From NCBI RefSeq assembly GCF_006345805.1, contig NC_043004.1, positions 52,390,001 to 52,454,000 of the forward strand: a stretch of DNA of 64,000 nucleotides. Reading direction: 5' to 3'. A program made the translations under genes and the position numbers. Positions 39,910 through 51,208 of this stretch are shown in pieces. The notes under the pieces were generated by a model. It ran no database searches. It saw nothing but the letters and a program-made list of their open reading frames with translations, and was not told where the DNA came from. This DNA is from Octopus sinensis (Eukaryota). The number at the start of each line of letters is the position of its first letter. Positions within the stretch are counted from its first letter, which is position 1.

Positions 39910-40336
39910 GAGAAATTAAGGCCAACAGACCAGATATAGTTGTCAGAGACCATGAAGAAAAAAAATGCTTTCTAATTGATGTATCAATACCGGCTGATGA
40001 CAACGTGTCTCTAAAAGAAATGGAGAAACTCTCAAAATACAAAGACCTGGAAATAGAGGTAACTAGAATGTGGAATCTGAAAACAGAAACAATTCCTATC
40101 ATAGTAGGTGCATTAGGCATGATAAAAAATATTCAGACAAATACATAACAAAAATACCAGGACTTACAAACACATATGACATACAGAAAATTGCACTACT
40201 AGGCACTGCACACATCCTACGCATAACACTTTCCATACAATAACCATCAGAGCATCACAACAAATCACAGCACATACCCAAGGCACACAGAGCTGCGCTC
40301 GGTAGTGAAGTGAAAGCACGCTATAAAATAAAACTA

Positions 40337-40339
<3 letters not shown>
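39910..40339 (+). mobile_element. Dong/R4 3' fragment, nearly identical to 19387-19820
   Basis: EIKANRPDIVVRDHEEKKCFLIDVSIP..; same 3' UTR; (TAA)n both sides. Confidence 0.92.
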
Positions 40340-40414
<75 letters not shown>

Positions 40415-40418
40415 TAAT

Positions 40419-40753
40419 GGGGGAGCATCATAGCCATGTGTTGAGAGGGATTCTTTGGAGTTTCAATAATTCCCCTCTGGAAACATGTGTGTTTCGTTCA
40501 ACATCCTTAAACAAACCTTATTCAGGGACCTTTTGAGCGGGATGGGTTACACGACCAGAAGAAAATTCAAACTGGACCCCAATTGCAAGGTCATGTGCTG
40601 TTTATCTTGATATAAGATCACCATGTCGCGCACATACGGTGGTGATGCATGTGCCTAGCGTATTCTTGTCAGACGGGCTGTCATGATGGGTATACTGGGC
40701 TTCGTATATTTTACCCCAGTTTCACTTTGATGGCATACACTGCTCTCTCACTC
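40419..40753 (+). mobile_element. 5'-truncated copy of the (TAA)n-embedded element at 18491
   Basis: Co-linear with 18712-19046. Confidence 0.8.
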
Positions 40754-40811
<58 letters not shown>

Positions 40812-40812
<1 letters not shown>

Positions 40813-41128
40813 TAGCGAAAGGGGCTGATTGCTACCTAACTCAGATACCAGGAAACCCCAAAATGGCAGAAATTCAAAAGATAGTGCTCATGGGAACTGC
40901 TCATATCCTACGCAAAATACTCTCGATGTAATCCCAAGGTTTAAAACAAACTTTTTTTTTAAATTTATGTATTAGACATTCACTAGTACAACACCAAAAA
41001 ACAAAAAAATAAATCAAATATATGGCACACTAGGCATAACAACAACGTAAACTTCCTACCTGTTGTCTCTTGAGGTCTCTGGGTGAGACTTGGAGCCAAC
41101 TTGTACATACATAAAGCAGTTAAACATA

Positions 41129-41150
<22 letters not shown>
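40812..41150 (+). mobile_element. Third Dong/R4 family 3' fragment with UTR
   Basis: IPGNPKMAEIQKIVLMGTAHILRKILSM-stop; (TAA)n both sides. Confidence 0.75.
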
Positions 41151-41174
<24 letters not shown>

Positions 41175-41255
41175 CAATTGCAGCGTGGAAGGTGTTTGTA
41201 AGCCATTTAAGAAACACACAAAATCCGTTCGATTCACTTCAACATTTAAGTTTAA

Positions 41256-41306
41256 TTTGTCAAAATATTTTCGTCGCTTTAAGACCGCGACCTGTTCACT
41301 GACAAA
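41256..41306 (-). ncRNA. Minimal hammerhead motif, G3:C8 variant
   Basis: Minus TTTGTCA-GTGAACA-G GTCGC..GCGAC-GAAA-ATAT-TT-TGACAAA; 7-bp stem I, 5-bp stem II; second copy 45110-45153. Confidence 0.72.
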
Positions 41307-41307
41307 A

Positions 41308-41340
<33 letters not shown>

Positions 41341-41757
41341 ATGATTATGACAAAGTAGCATTAGTATTACATTTAATTCACATACAGCATGAAGTAGGTC
41401 CTCATATGTTCCGACTATATCGGTTAGAAACCGTTGCAATTGCAACTTTACTATGATAACTATACTATGGTCTTCACTAATATCCTTTCAGATTTAACTA
41501 CGTTTTACTCTGTCTTTTACTCTTTTACTTGTTTCAGTCAGTTCACTGCGGCCATGTTGGAGCTCCGCCTTTAGTCAAAAAAATCTACCCCAGGACTTAT
41601 TCTTTGTAAGCCTAATACTTATTCTATCGGTGTTTTTGCCGAACCGCTGATGAAGTGGTCGTAAACCCACCAGCATCGTTGTCAAGCGATGTTGGGGGAC
41701 AAACACAGGCACACAAACATTTACAACACACACACATACTACATACAAATACATACA

Positions 41758-41793
<36 letters not shown>

Positions 41794-41825
41794 TATTATA
41801 TATATTATATTATATATATATATAG

Positions 41826-42466
41826 TAAGCAATAAAGGGTTTAGCAACGAATTGCCTTACCACATACCGATTTAGAAATAGCAGTCAAAGAGTTATAGCT
41901 ATTTCTTCTACTAAAAAGGGAGATCTCAGTAAAAACAGCATTGGAAGGCAGACACAAACAGGTAAGAGAGAATGAATTGACGGCAATCTATCATACAATT
42001 TTAAGTTATCTACGGACGTACGTTTCGAAATCAAGTTTTTAGGAAAGCATAAGAATTAAATATTAAATAATTCTATCTTACCAAAAACTTCTTACCAAAA
42101 TTATTTAATATTTAATTATTTAATATTTAATTCTTATGCTTTCCTAAAAACTTGATTTCGAAACGTACGTCCGTAGATAACTTAAAATTGTATGATAGAT
42201 TGCCGTCAATTCATTCTCTCTTACCTGTTTGTGTCTGCCTTCCAATTACTGTTTTTACTGAGATCTCCCTTTTTAGTAGAAGAAATAGCTATAACTCTTT
42301 GACTGCTATTTCTAAATTCGGTATGTGGTAAGGCAATTCGTTGCTAAACCTTTATTGCTTAGTATTACTTAAATTTTCCTCGAATGAGGCTTTTACATGC
42401 CGAAGACTACTTGGTGTAATTGATAATATTCCAAATAATTAATTTCACCTTCATTATTACGGATAA

Positions 42467-42470
<4 letters not shown>
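41826..42470 (+). mobile_element. Fold-back element in (TA)n with ~245-bp arms and the 3' half of a hammerhead
   Basis: Arms about 41826-42072 and 42114-42361; GAAACGTACGTC at 42160-42171; unique tail to about 42470. Confidence 0.75.
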
Positions 42471-42509
<39 letters not shown>

Positions 42510-43232
42510 TACGACGGGCTTCTATCAAATCTATTCACAAGGCTTTGGTCGAAGCTTTAGTAGTAGACACTTGCCCAAGGTGCCACGCAGTGGGACTGAA
42601 CCCGGGACCATGTTGTGGTTGGTAAGCAAGCTCCTTATCACACAGCCATTCCTGCGCCTAAAAGTTTAACTAATTAAACTTTTATGTCGATTTTAGTTGA
42701 GTGGAGTTGTACGTTAATTCAGACGCGAACTATCTTCAATTCCAAGTATCGTCAGCAATTTCAAAAAAAATTTCGATGTTTAGATATTTATAACATATTT
42801 ATGTTGAGCAAAGATAAATTTTCTCATATGCAAGCATATATACAAGTGTCGTGTACCTCCACTTTCCTTCAACTGGCAAACATACTCACGTTCACGCTTC
42901 ATTATCAGGACAGATTTACGAAACTTCGTCATAGACGCTAAAATAAGTCACGACTATTCTGTGTTAATTATTTTCCAAATCTTCTCTCCCGTTCACACCT
43001 TCTAAACCAGGGACCTAAGCTCACTTAAAAATCATTGGGTTTACGTATTAGGCTTCTCCAGAGAACTACCCAACACTTTTAGCTGTTTCACAGTTCGTTT
43101 CAACATTCTCATCAACATTCTCAGGCAATGTACTTTAGACACCTCACTCAATTATTTTGGCATCACTGGTGAAATAGACTCCAACTTGGAACACAGCAAC
43201 CCCCTTTCCTTCAAAACCACCGAATCTATTTT

Positions 43233-43295
<63 letters not shown>

Positions 43296-43364
43296 GTCTG
43301 CCTGTCAAGTTGTCTATCTATTTATCTATCTCCCTATCTTCTGTCTGTCTGTCTGTCTCTCTGT

Positions 43365-43442
<78 letters not shown>

Positions 43443-43608
43443 CTCTCTCTATCAATCTCTCTCTCTCTCTCCTCTCTCTATCTATCTATCTATATTCTAT
43501 CTATCTATCTATCTATCTATTTATCTATATATCACTCTCTCTCTCTCTCTATCTATATATCTATCCATCCATCCATCTATCTATCTATTTATCTATCTAT
43601 CTATGTAA

Positions 43609-43699
<91 letters not shown>

Positions 43700-44615
43700 C
43701 TATCTATTATCATTCTACCAATTTATCATTCTATCTGTCTATCTTTTAAGGCAGAAAAAAGACAGAGTAAGAAGTTCGTAATACGTAGAAAATTTTCGTC
43801 GCTTCATTCCTAAATTCAAATTCAGACTTCTAATTTCGCTTAATGTTGTGTTGGTAGTGGTGGTAATGGTGGGACCGATAATCATCACCTTTGTGTCAAT
43901 TACCTCCAGGACAAAAAACCACGTATATTTGAAAAAATCTAACCGTGACTTCAACAGGACCAACACTAAAATTCTCACTATGTTAAACTTGATTGTACTT
44001 GTAAATGTATGTTCGTTCGCGTATATACGCGAAGAAGTAACAGTAAAAATATAGCAGCTTGAAACAAATGTCTACACCTCGAAGAATGTATCGCGTTGGG
44101 GAACGTAGCTCAAACAGAAATTATTGATACTATAAGATATTTTCACATGGTAGAATTACCCTGGGAAAGACAATTATTCCAAACGAAAGCACTCTCTTTT
44201 CTCTAGATCTTAAAGAACTAATGTTCTGTAATGCAACAAATTAAAAATAATGCGCATAATGGAAATATCCATCAGATGGCAATTTTATTTTTAATGAAAC
44301 ATCTCACAACGTAAGATGTCTACTTAATACGTCATATGCGGATAATTTGTAGAAAGAATGAAATGGTGTTATAATGAGTACCACAGACTAGATATTTTAG
44401 GAACTTGGTTATAAATCAAAACAGCAATAGTAGAATAAATGGAATTTGTCATGCGACATTTTCCTCGTAATTCTTTAATTGCACATTGAAAATTCTAATT
44501 CTGACTCGTGTTGTGAGGAGATAATTATGTCCTTTTCGTTAACTGCTTCCACAAGAGGGAACCATATTCGTAATATATAATACATATAAATACAATATAT
44601 AGATAAATACAATAT

Positions 44616-44646
<31 letters not shown>

Positions 44647-44925
44647 CATACATATATATATATTCAATATATATATATATATGTGTGTTTTTATACATCT
44701 GTGTGTACATATATGTGCGTGTGTAAGTGTGTAAGCCTAAACTGAAATACACTCACATTAACTTAGATGTATATATCTATATATGTACGTGTGTGAATGT
44801 GTCTACATATTCATATATGTGTGCAATTAAATAGGGATATATTCATATGTATTCACTAGTATATATAGATTCGCATACATATACGTACATGAATATATAT
44901 ATGCCTGTATATATATATATATATG

Positions 44926-44962
<37 letters not shown>

Positions 44963-44963
<1 letters not shown>

Positions 44964-45282
44964 TATTACGGTGATGTACTCGCATAGCAAGTAATTTGAT
45001 CTGAGATCGTGTGCTGAAACGAAAACAATTGCAGCGTGGAAGGTGTTTATAAGCCATTTAAGAAACACACAAAAGCCGTTCGATTCACTTCAACATTTAA
45101 GTTTAATTTGTCAAAATATTTTCGTCGCTAAAATCCGCGACCTGTTCACTGACTTTGTCAGTTTTTAGCGACGAAAATATTTTAGCGACGAAAATATTTT
45201 GACAATTAAACTTAAATGTTGAAGTGAATCGAACGGCTTTTGTGTGTTTTCTTAAATGGCTTATAACACCTTCCACGCTGCA

Positions 45283-45287
<5 letters not shown>
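44963..45287 (-). mobile_element. Fold-back element in (TA)n carrying the G3:C8 hammerhead
   Basis: Arms about 45025-45132 and 45180-45286; same family as 41173-41308. Confidence 0.8.
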
Positions 45288-45323
<36 letters not shown>

Positions 45324-45399
45324 CATATATACATATATCATGGACTAGTTAGTATAAAGCCTTGTGTGGAATATATTCTATAGAATTTGTGGGTAAGGT

Positions 45400-45848
45400 A
45401 AAGTAAATTCAATGCAAATTACAAGAAAATAGACATATGAACTAATGGTACCTTACGCTGCATTCAATATTTCAGGATTATAACCGCCTCTTCGAGAATA
45501 ATCCAGACCCGAGAGTTCACTGAGCACATCAGGGCAACACAGCGCAACCGATGCAGCCTTAGAATGTCCGAAGCCATACGAATACACCAACGGAACCCGA
45601 CTATCAACAACATAAGAGAGTTGCAAGAAACTAGCTGGTTGCTATAGCAACAACCTTCTGCACATGTCTACTCTCCATATACTCATACAAATGCTCTTTT
45701 GCAACATTCGGTGATTACTTAGGAGGGTTACATTTGCAACATTCCCTAATTCCTGAAGAGGGGTCATAACCCTGAAATATTGAATGTCAGGGTAAGTTAC
45801 CATTAATTCATATGTCTGTTTTCATGTGATTTGTCTTGGATTTATTTC
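45400..45848. mobile_element. Older fold-back element with minimal hammerhead at 45749-45785
   Basis: Diverged arms about 45402-45500 and 45748-45847; ATTC-CTGAAGA-GGGGTCATAACCCT-GAAA-TA-TT-GAAT. Confidence 0.6.
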
Positions 45849-45859
45849 GCATTGTTCCG

Positions 45860-46138
45860 ACCTTACTCACGATTGTAAGGTCGTGAGTTCAATTCCCGGC
45901 GACGTGTCGTGTCCTTGAGCAAGACACTTTATTTCACGTTGCTCCTTTCCAGCTGGCAAAAAAGAGCTGTACCTGTATTTCTAAGGGCCGGCCATGTCAC
46001 ACTCTCTGTCACGCTGAATCTCCCTGAGAACTACGTTAGGAGTAGTGCTCAGCCACTTGTAAGTTAAGTTCACGAGCAAGCTGTTCCGATGATCGTATCA
46101 GTTGGGACCCTCGTCGTCATAACCGACGGTGTGCTCCT
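45860..46138 (+). mobile_element. SINE family A-related
   Basis: GAGTTCAATTCCC, GTGTCCTTGAGCAAGACAC, GAGAACTACGTT. Confidence 0.75.
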
Positions 46139-46250
46139 GTATATATATATATATATATATATATGTAGGTCCCGGGTTGATTCGGGGTTAACCACAGTAA
46201 ATAAGGTACTCAATACATAGCAGAGTAAAATTAATTTATTATATAGAAGG

Positions 46251-46301
46251 AGCTTCTACAGGACTAGAACTGTTTCATTCAAGAGAAATCTTCAGGAAGC
46301 T
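46251..46301 (-). ncRNA. Type I hammerhead motif (mirror of 49107-49157)
   Basis: Reverse complement of 49107-49157. Confidence 0.75.
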
Positions 46302-46489
46302 AGTTAACAAGAATTGTATTGGCATTTATACATTTAGGCAGGTTTAAAGGGGTGTTGGTGGGACTTTTTGGGGGTAGGCATAGCGCAAAAAATCATACTT
46401 GGGGGAGTGGTCAAGGAGTCAGTGTTAAATTAGATAGGAGAATAAAAGAAAAAAAAAAAAAAATAAAAATAAAAATAAAAAATAAAAAT

Positions 46490-46521
<32 letters not shown>

Positions 46522-47464
46522 AATAATAAAAAAATATATAAAAAAAAAAATAAAATAAAAATAAAAAATAAAAAATAAATTATATATAATATATATATAT
46601 ATATATAAGGGGGGAATAGAGTTTTAGGTAAATAAGGAGATTCTCACTTATACCTCTACACATACACACATATATACACTCACACATACATATACATATC
46701 TACACATACACATATATATATATGTATACATACACACACTCACTTGCATACACGTATACACACATGTATATATACACACACGACCACACATACATATACA
46801 CACAGAAAAATATATATATATACACATACACACACATACTCACATACACGCATACACACACAAATCCATACACACACATGCACACACAGCACACTAGTCC
46901 CTATATACACAATATATACACATACACACATATATATACCCCACACATACACATACATACACATATATATACATACATACACATACACATACATATATAT
47001 ATACATACACATATATATATTATATATATACACATATATATACATATGTGTACCCATGCATACCTACACATACACACATATATATATATATATATATATA
47101 CAAATACAGACCCTTCCCTAATTTTAATTTTATTATCTTCGTTTATTACTTTTGTTATCTTGGCCGCTTGGTCACAAACATCTTGGCTATGACAGCCAGA
47201 CCATTTATCCGTCTACTGGAAAACAATTACTCATTCACTCACGCACACTCATTAGCACGTACACTCACTCATTCGTACACTCATACGCATACACGCACGC
47301 ACGCGTTATATTCATACATACGTACATCTACATACATTCACGTATATACACATACGTACGCGTACCTACAGATTCATGTCACACTCTTAGAAGGCTAGTC
47401 TATACATATACACCAATAAATATAAATACACACACATACATGTACACCTACATACAATACATAC

Positions 47465-47511
<47 letters not shown>

Positions 47512-47629
47512 GCGTACCTACAGATTCATGTCTACACTCTTAGAAGGCTAGTCTATACATATACACCAATAAATATAAATACACAACACATACATGTACA
47601 CCTACATACAAATACATACATGTACTTAT

Positions 47630-47664
<35 letters not shown>

Positions 47665-48006
47665 ATATATATTATATATATATATATATACACACATACA
47701 TCTATACATATATAATACCTATATACATATTTATCATACTACATGCATACTCAAAAATAAGTAATAGAAATATATATAATACACGCAGTTATTCATACAT
47801 GCATACTCAAAAAATAATAAATATTAAGTATATGTACTTGCAGTTACCTATTATATAGACGGATACATACATATAATAAACTTACACACATATATATATA
47901 TATATAATATATATACAATATATATATTATACATATATACACACATATATATAAATAAATATAAATATATACATACACACATACACCTACATATACACAT
48001 ACACAC

Positions 48007-48055
<49 letters not shown>

Positions 48056-49106
48056 TACACACACACACATATATATACATATATACACACACACTATATA
48101 ATATAAATATATACATACACACATACACCTACATATACACATACACACTACATCATAATCTATATATATAATATATAATATATATATATAAATATACACA
48201 CACACACATACACATACATATACATACACATACATACATATATATACATACTTACACATGTACATATAAATACACACAGAGATAACTCTAACTTACCTAC
48301 ACATACATAAACACACGAGCGTACGCGCATATGTACATATACATATCCCATGCACACGCATATATATCCATACATACATACACATACACACATGTATACA
48401 CACACACTCACAACATACACATACACATACATACAATACAACACATACATATATATATATATAATATATATATATAATATATATATATATATATTAATAT
48501 ATATATACATACATGTGCATGTGTGGTATGGATTTGTTGTGTGTATGCGTATGTGAGTAGGTATGTGTGTGTATGTGTATATATATATATATTTTTCTGT
48601 GTGTATATGTATGTGTGGTCGTGTGTGTATATATACATGTGTGTATACGTGTATGCAAGGAGTGTGTGTTATGTATACATATATATATATGTGTATGTGT
48701 AGATATGTATATGTATGTGTGAGTGTATATATGTGTGTATGTGTAGAGGTATAAGTGAGAATCTCCTATTTACCTAAAACTCTATTCCCCCTTTATATAT
48801 ATATATATATATATATATTATTTATTTTTTTTATTTTTTATTTTATTTTTTATTTATTTTTTTTTTTTTTTATATATATTTTTTTACTTTTTATTTTTAT
48901 TTTTATTTTTATTTTTATTTTTTTTTTTATTTTTTATTTTTTATTTTTTTTTATTATTTTTTTTTTTATTCTCCTATCTTTTAACACTGACTCCTTGACC
49001 ACTCCCCCAAGTATGATTTTTTGCGCTATGCCTACCCCCAAAAGTCCCCCACCAACACCCCTTTAAACCTGCCTAAATGTAAATGCCAATACAATTCTTG
49101 TTAACT

Positions 49107-49157
49107 AGCTTCCTGAAGATTTCTCTTGAATGAAACAGTTCTAGTCCTGTAGAAGCT
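49107..49157 (+). ncRNA. Type I hammerhead ribozyme motif (C3:G8, GUA site)
   Basis: AGCTTC-CTGAAGA-T TTC TCTT GAA T-GAAA-CAG TTCTAGTC CTG-TA-GAAGCT. Confidence 0.78.
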
Positions 49158-49214
49158 CCTCTAATAATAAAATATATTATATATATATATAATATATATA
49201 TATAATACTATATG

Positions 49215-49462
49215 TGGAGGCGCAATGGCCCAGTGGCTAGGGCAGCGAACTCGCGGTCGTAGGATCGCGGTTTCGATTCCCAGACCGGGCGTTGTGAGTG
49301 TTTATTGACCGAAAACACCTAAAAGCTCCACGAGGCTCCACTGTTGACCTGCTCGCTTAGCCAGCGGGGTGGCGTCATTCGAAGGCTAAAACAATGCGAA
49401 CGCATTGTGACCAGCGATGTGTAACTACATCTGATAGACTGGTCGGTCACGTGATTACGTGA
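49215..49462 (+). mobile_element. SINE with family-A tRNA head and a different tail
   Basis: Matches 149-270, then an unrelated 3' part ending GGTCGGTCACGTGA. Confidence 0.8.
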
Positions 49463-49570
49463 TATATATATATATATAGTTGGAATTTACAAAATAAAAG
49501 CAAATGACGAAGACAGGTGTGTAAACATCAAGCAGGCATATTAGTTTAACGCTCGGGAAAGTGAGAAAGT

Positions 49571-49606
49571 CTTTTACGTTTCGAGCCTACACTCTTCATC
49601 AGAAGG
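49571..49606 (-). ncRNA. Minimal hammerhead motif
   Basis: Minus CCTT-CTGATGA-A GAG TGTAGG CTC-GAAA-CG-TA-AAAG within a ~190-bp TA-flanked insert (49478-49670); weak stem I. Confidence 0.6.
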
Positions 49607-49689
49607 GAACAAGAGAAAATAAACAGAGAGAGAATAAAAAAACCTTTAGTGGCTAGCAGTGAATCATGGCGATATATGTACATATATAT

Positions 49690-50112
49690 TTTAAATAAAA
49701 TGAGACAACAAAGACAAGGCAGTGTGAAATTACTAGGACATTTATAAAGAGAAGGTAGCCTTACAGATGTTTCAGTGATATATGGGATATTACACCACCA
49801 GAGACGACATCAGAGAGCTAAATAGAAAGAAATTGGTAGAGCACTTTCTTTGGATAATGGAACTGCAACTGTAACACCCAACATATATATATTTTTTTTT
49901 TCATATTTCCCTTTATTCATCCTATATCTCTCCATTTCTAAAATAACTTCTTATATTGCACTATACTATTTCCTTCTATTTAACTCTCTCATATCATCTC
50001 TGGTGATGCGATATCTTTCACATCCATGAAACAGCTACAAGACGACCTTCCACTATATAAATGTCCTAAAAGTTTCGCATTGCTTTGCTTTTGTTGTCTC
50101 CTTTTATTTAAC
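49690..50112. mobile_element. Old fold-back element with a degenerate hammerhead in both arms
   Basis: Diverged arms about 49690-49830 and 49972-50112; two-arm consensus GTCGTCT-CTGGTGA..GAAACAGCTGTA-AGACGAC. Confidence 0.55.
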
Positions 50113-51161
50113 ATATACATGGTCGCACACGACCCACATAACGCTCCTCACTCATAATATTATCGAAGCGGGAGTCTGACTACAGTCCTTCTGTAGCATT
50201 TACATAGCCTTACCTGCTATTTTGGGTCTTATGCGTACATACATATATAGATACATAAATAAATATATAGGAACATACATACACACACATATGTATGTGT
50301 GTGCACACGTCTGTGTTTGTGTGTGTAGGTATGACTACTCGTTATGTTAATGGCGGTGTTTACTGGCATCTTTACATGTCGCCATTGCAGTTCATCGGAA
50401 AAAGTGAACAACCTGTGAAGAAGAGATTTTTCAGACTTTATTTTATCCGATACTAGAGAGGAATAAACAAAATCTGATATAAAAAAGATTTAAGTGTTTT
50501 TGCGAGCACACGCTCTCTAAGATCAAGTAACACGAATGTATGCATATATGGGTACAGACACGCACAGATTTTTATATATATATATATATGTTTATATATA
50601 TATACACACAAACATATAAATATGTCCTATTCCACATATTTTTATACATTAATGCTGTTATATTTACACTGTTGTATAACATTTAACCTACGAAATAATA
50701 AAACAATTTTTAATATGGAAACACAAGCCGCTTATGTGTGTGCGTGCGTGCATGTGTGTGTGTCCATGTGTGTGCGTGTGTGTGTGCGCGCATATGTGTG
50801 TGTGTGCGCGCGTATCTGAGTGTGTTTGAATGTATTGTTATTTTAATATATGTTTATGTAAGTGTGTATCTTTATATATTCAGTTGTACGTAATAGTTAC
50901 AGAATATATTTCATACTACAAGAAATATTCGTATGGCCATTGACCTTTCATCTTTGATGTTAAAGCTTCATATTGTTATCCTGTTCGAAATTTATCGTTG
51001 AGCCATATGTATCTAATATCTCACATTCTCCACAACCCTACTCTTCTATTTTACACCCGGCATCTTTTCTCTGTCTTTTATTCCATTCTGCAAGTCACAA
51101 TGAACCACTAATGGCATTGCCTAACATATATCTGTAATTGTATATATATATATATATAGAT

Positions 51162-51208
<47 letters not shown>

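Larger units (their letters stand above)
46165..49163 (-). mobile_element. ~3-kb non-coding fold-back element with ~640-bp inverted arms, each carrying a hammerhead
   Basis: Arms about 46245-46885 and 48513-49163; microsatellite-rich interior; (TA)n flanks. Confidence 0.75.
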
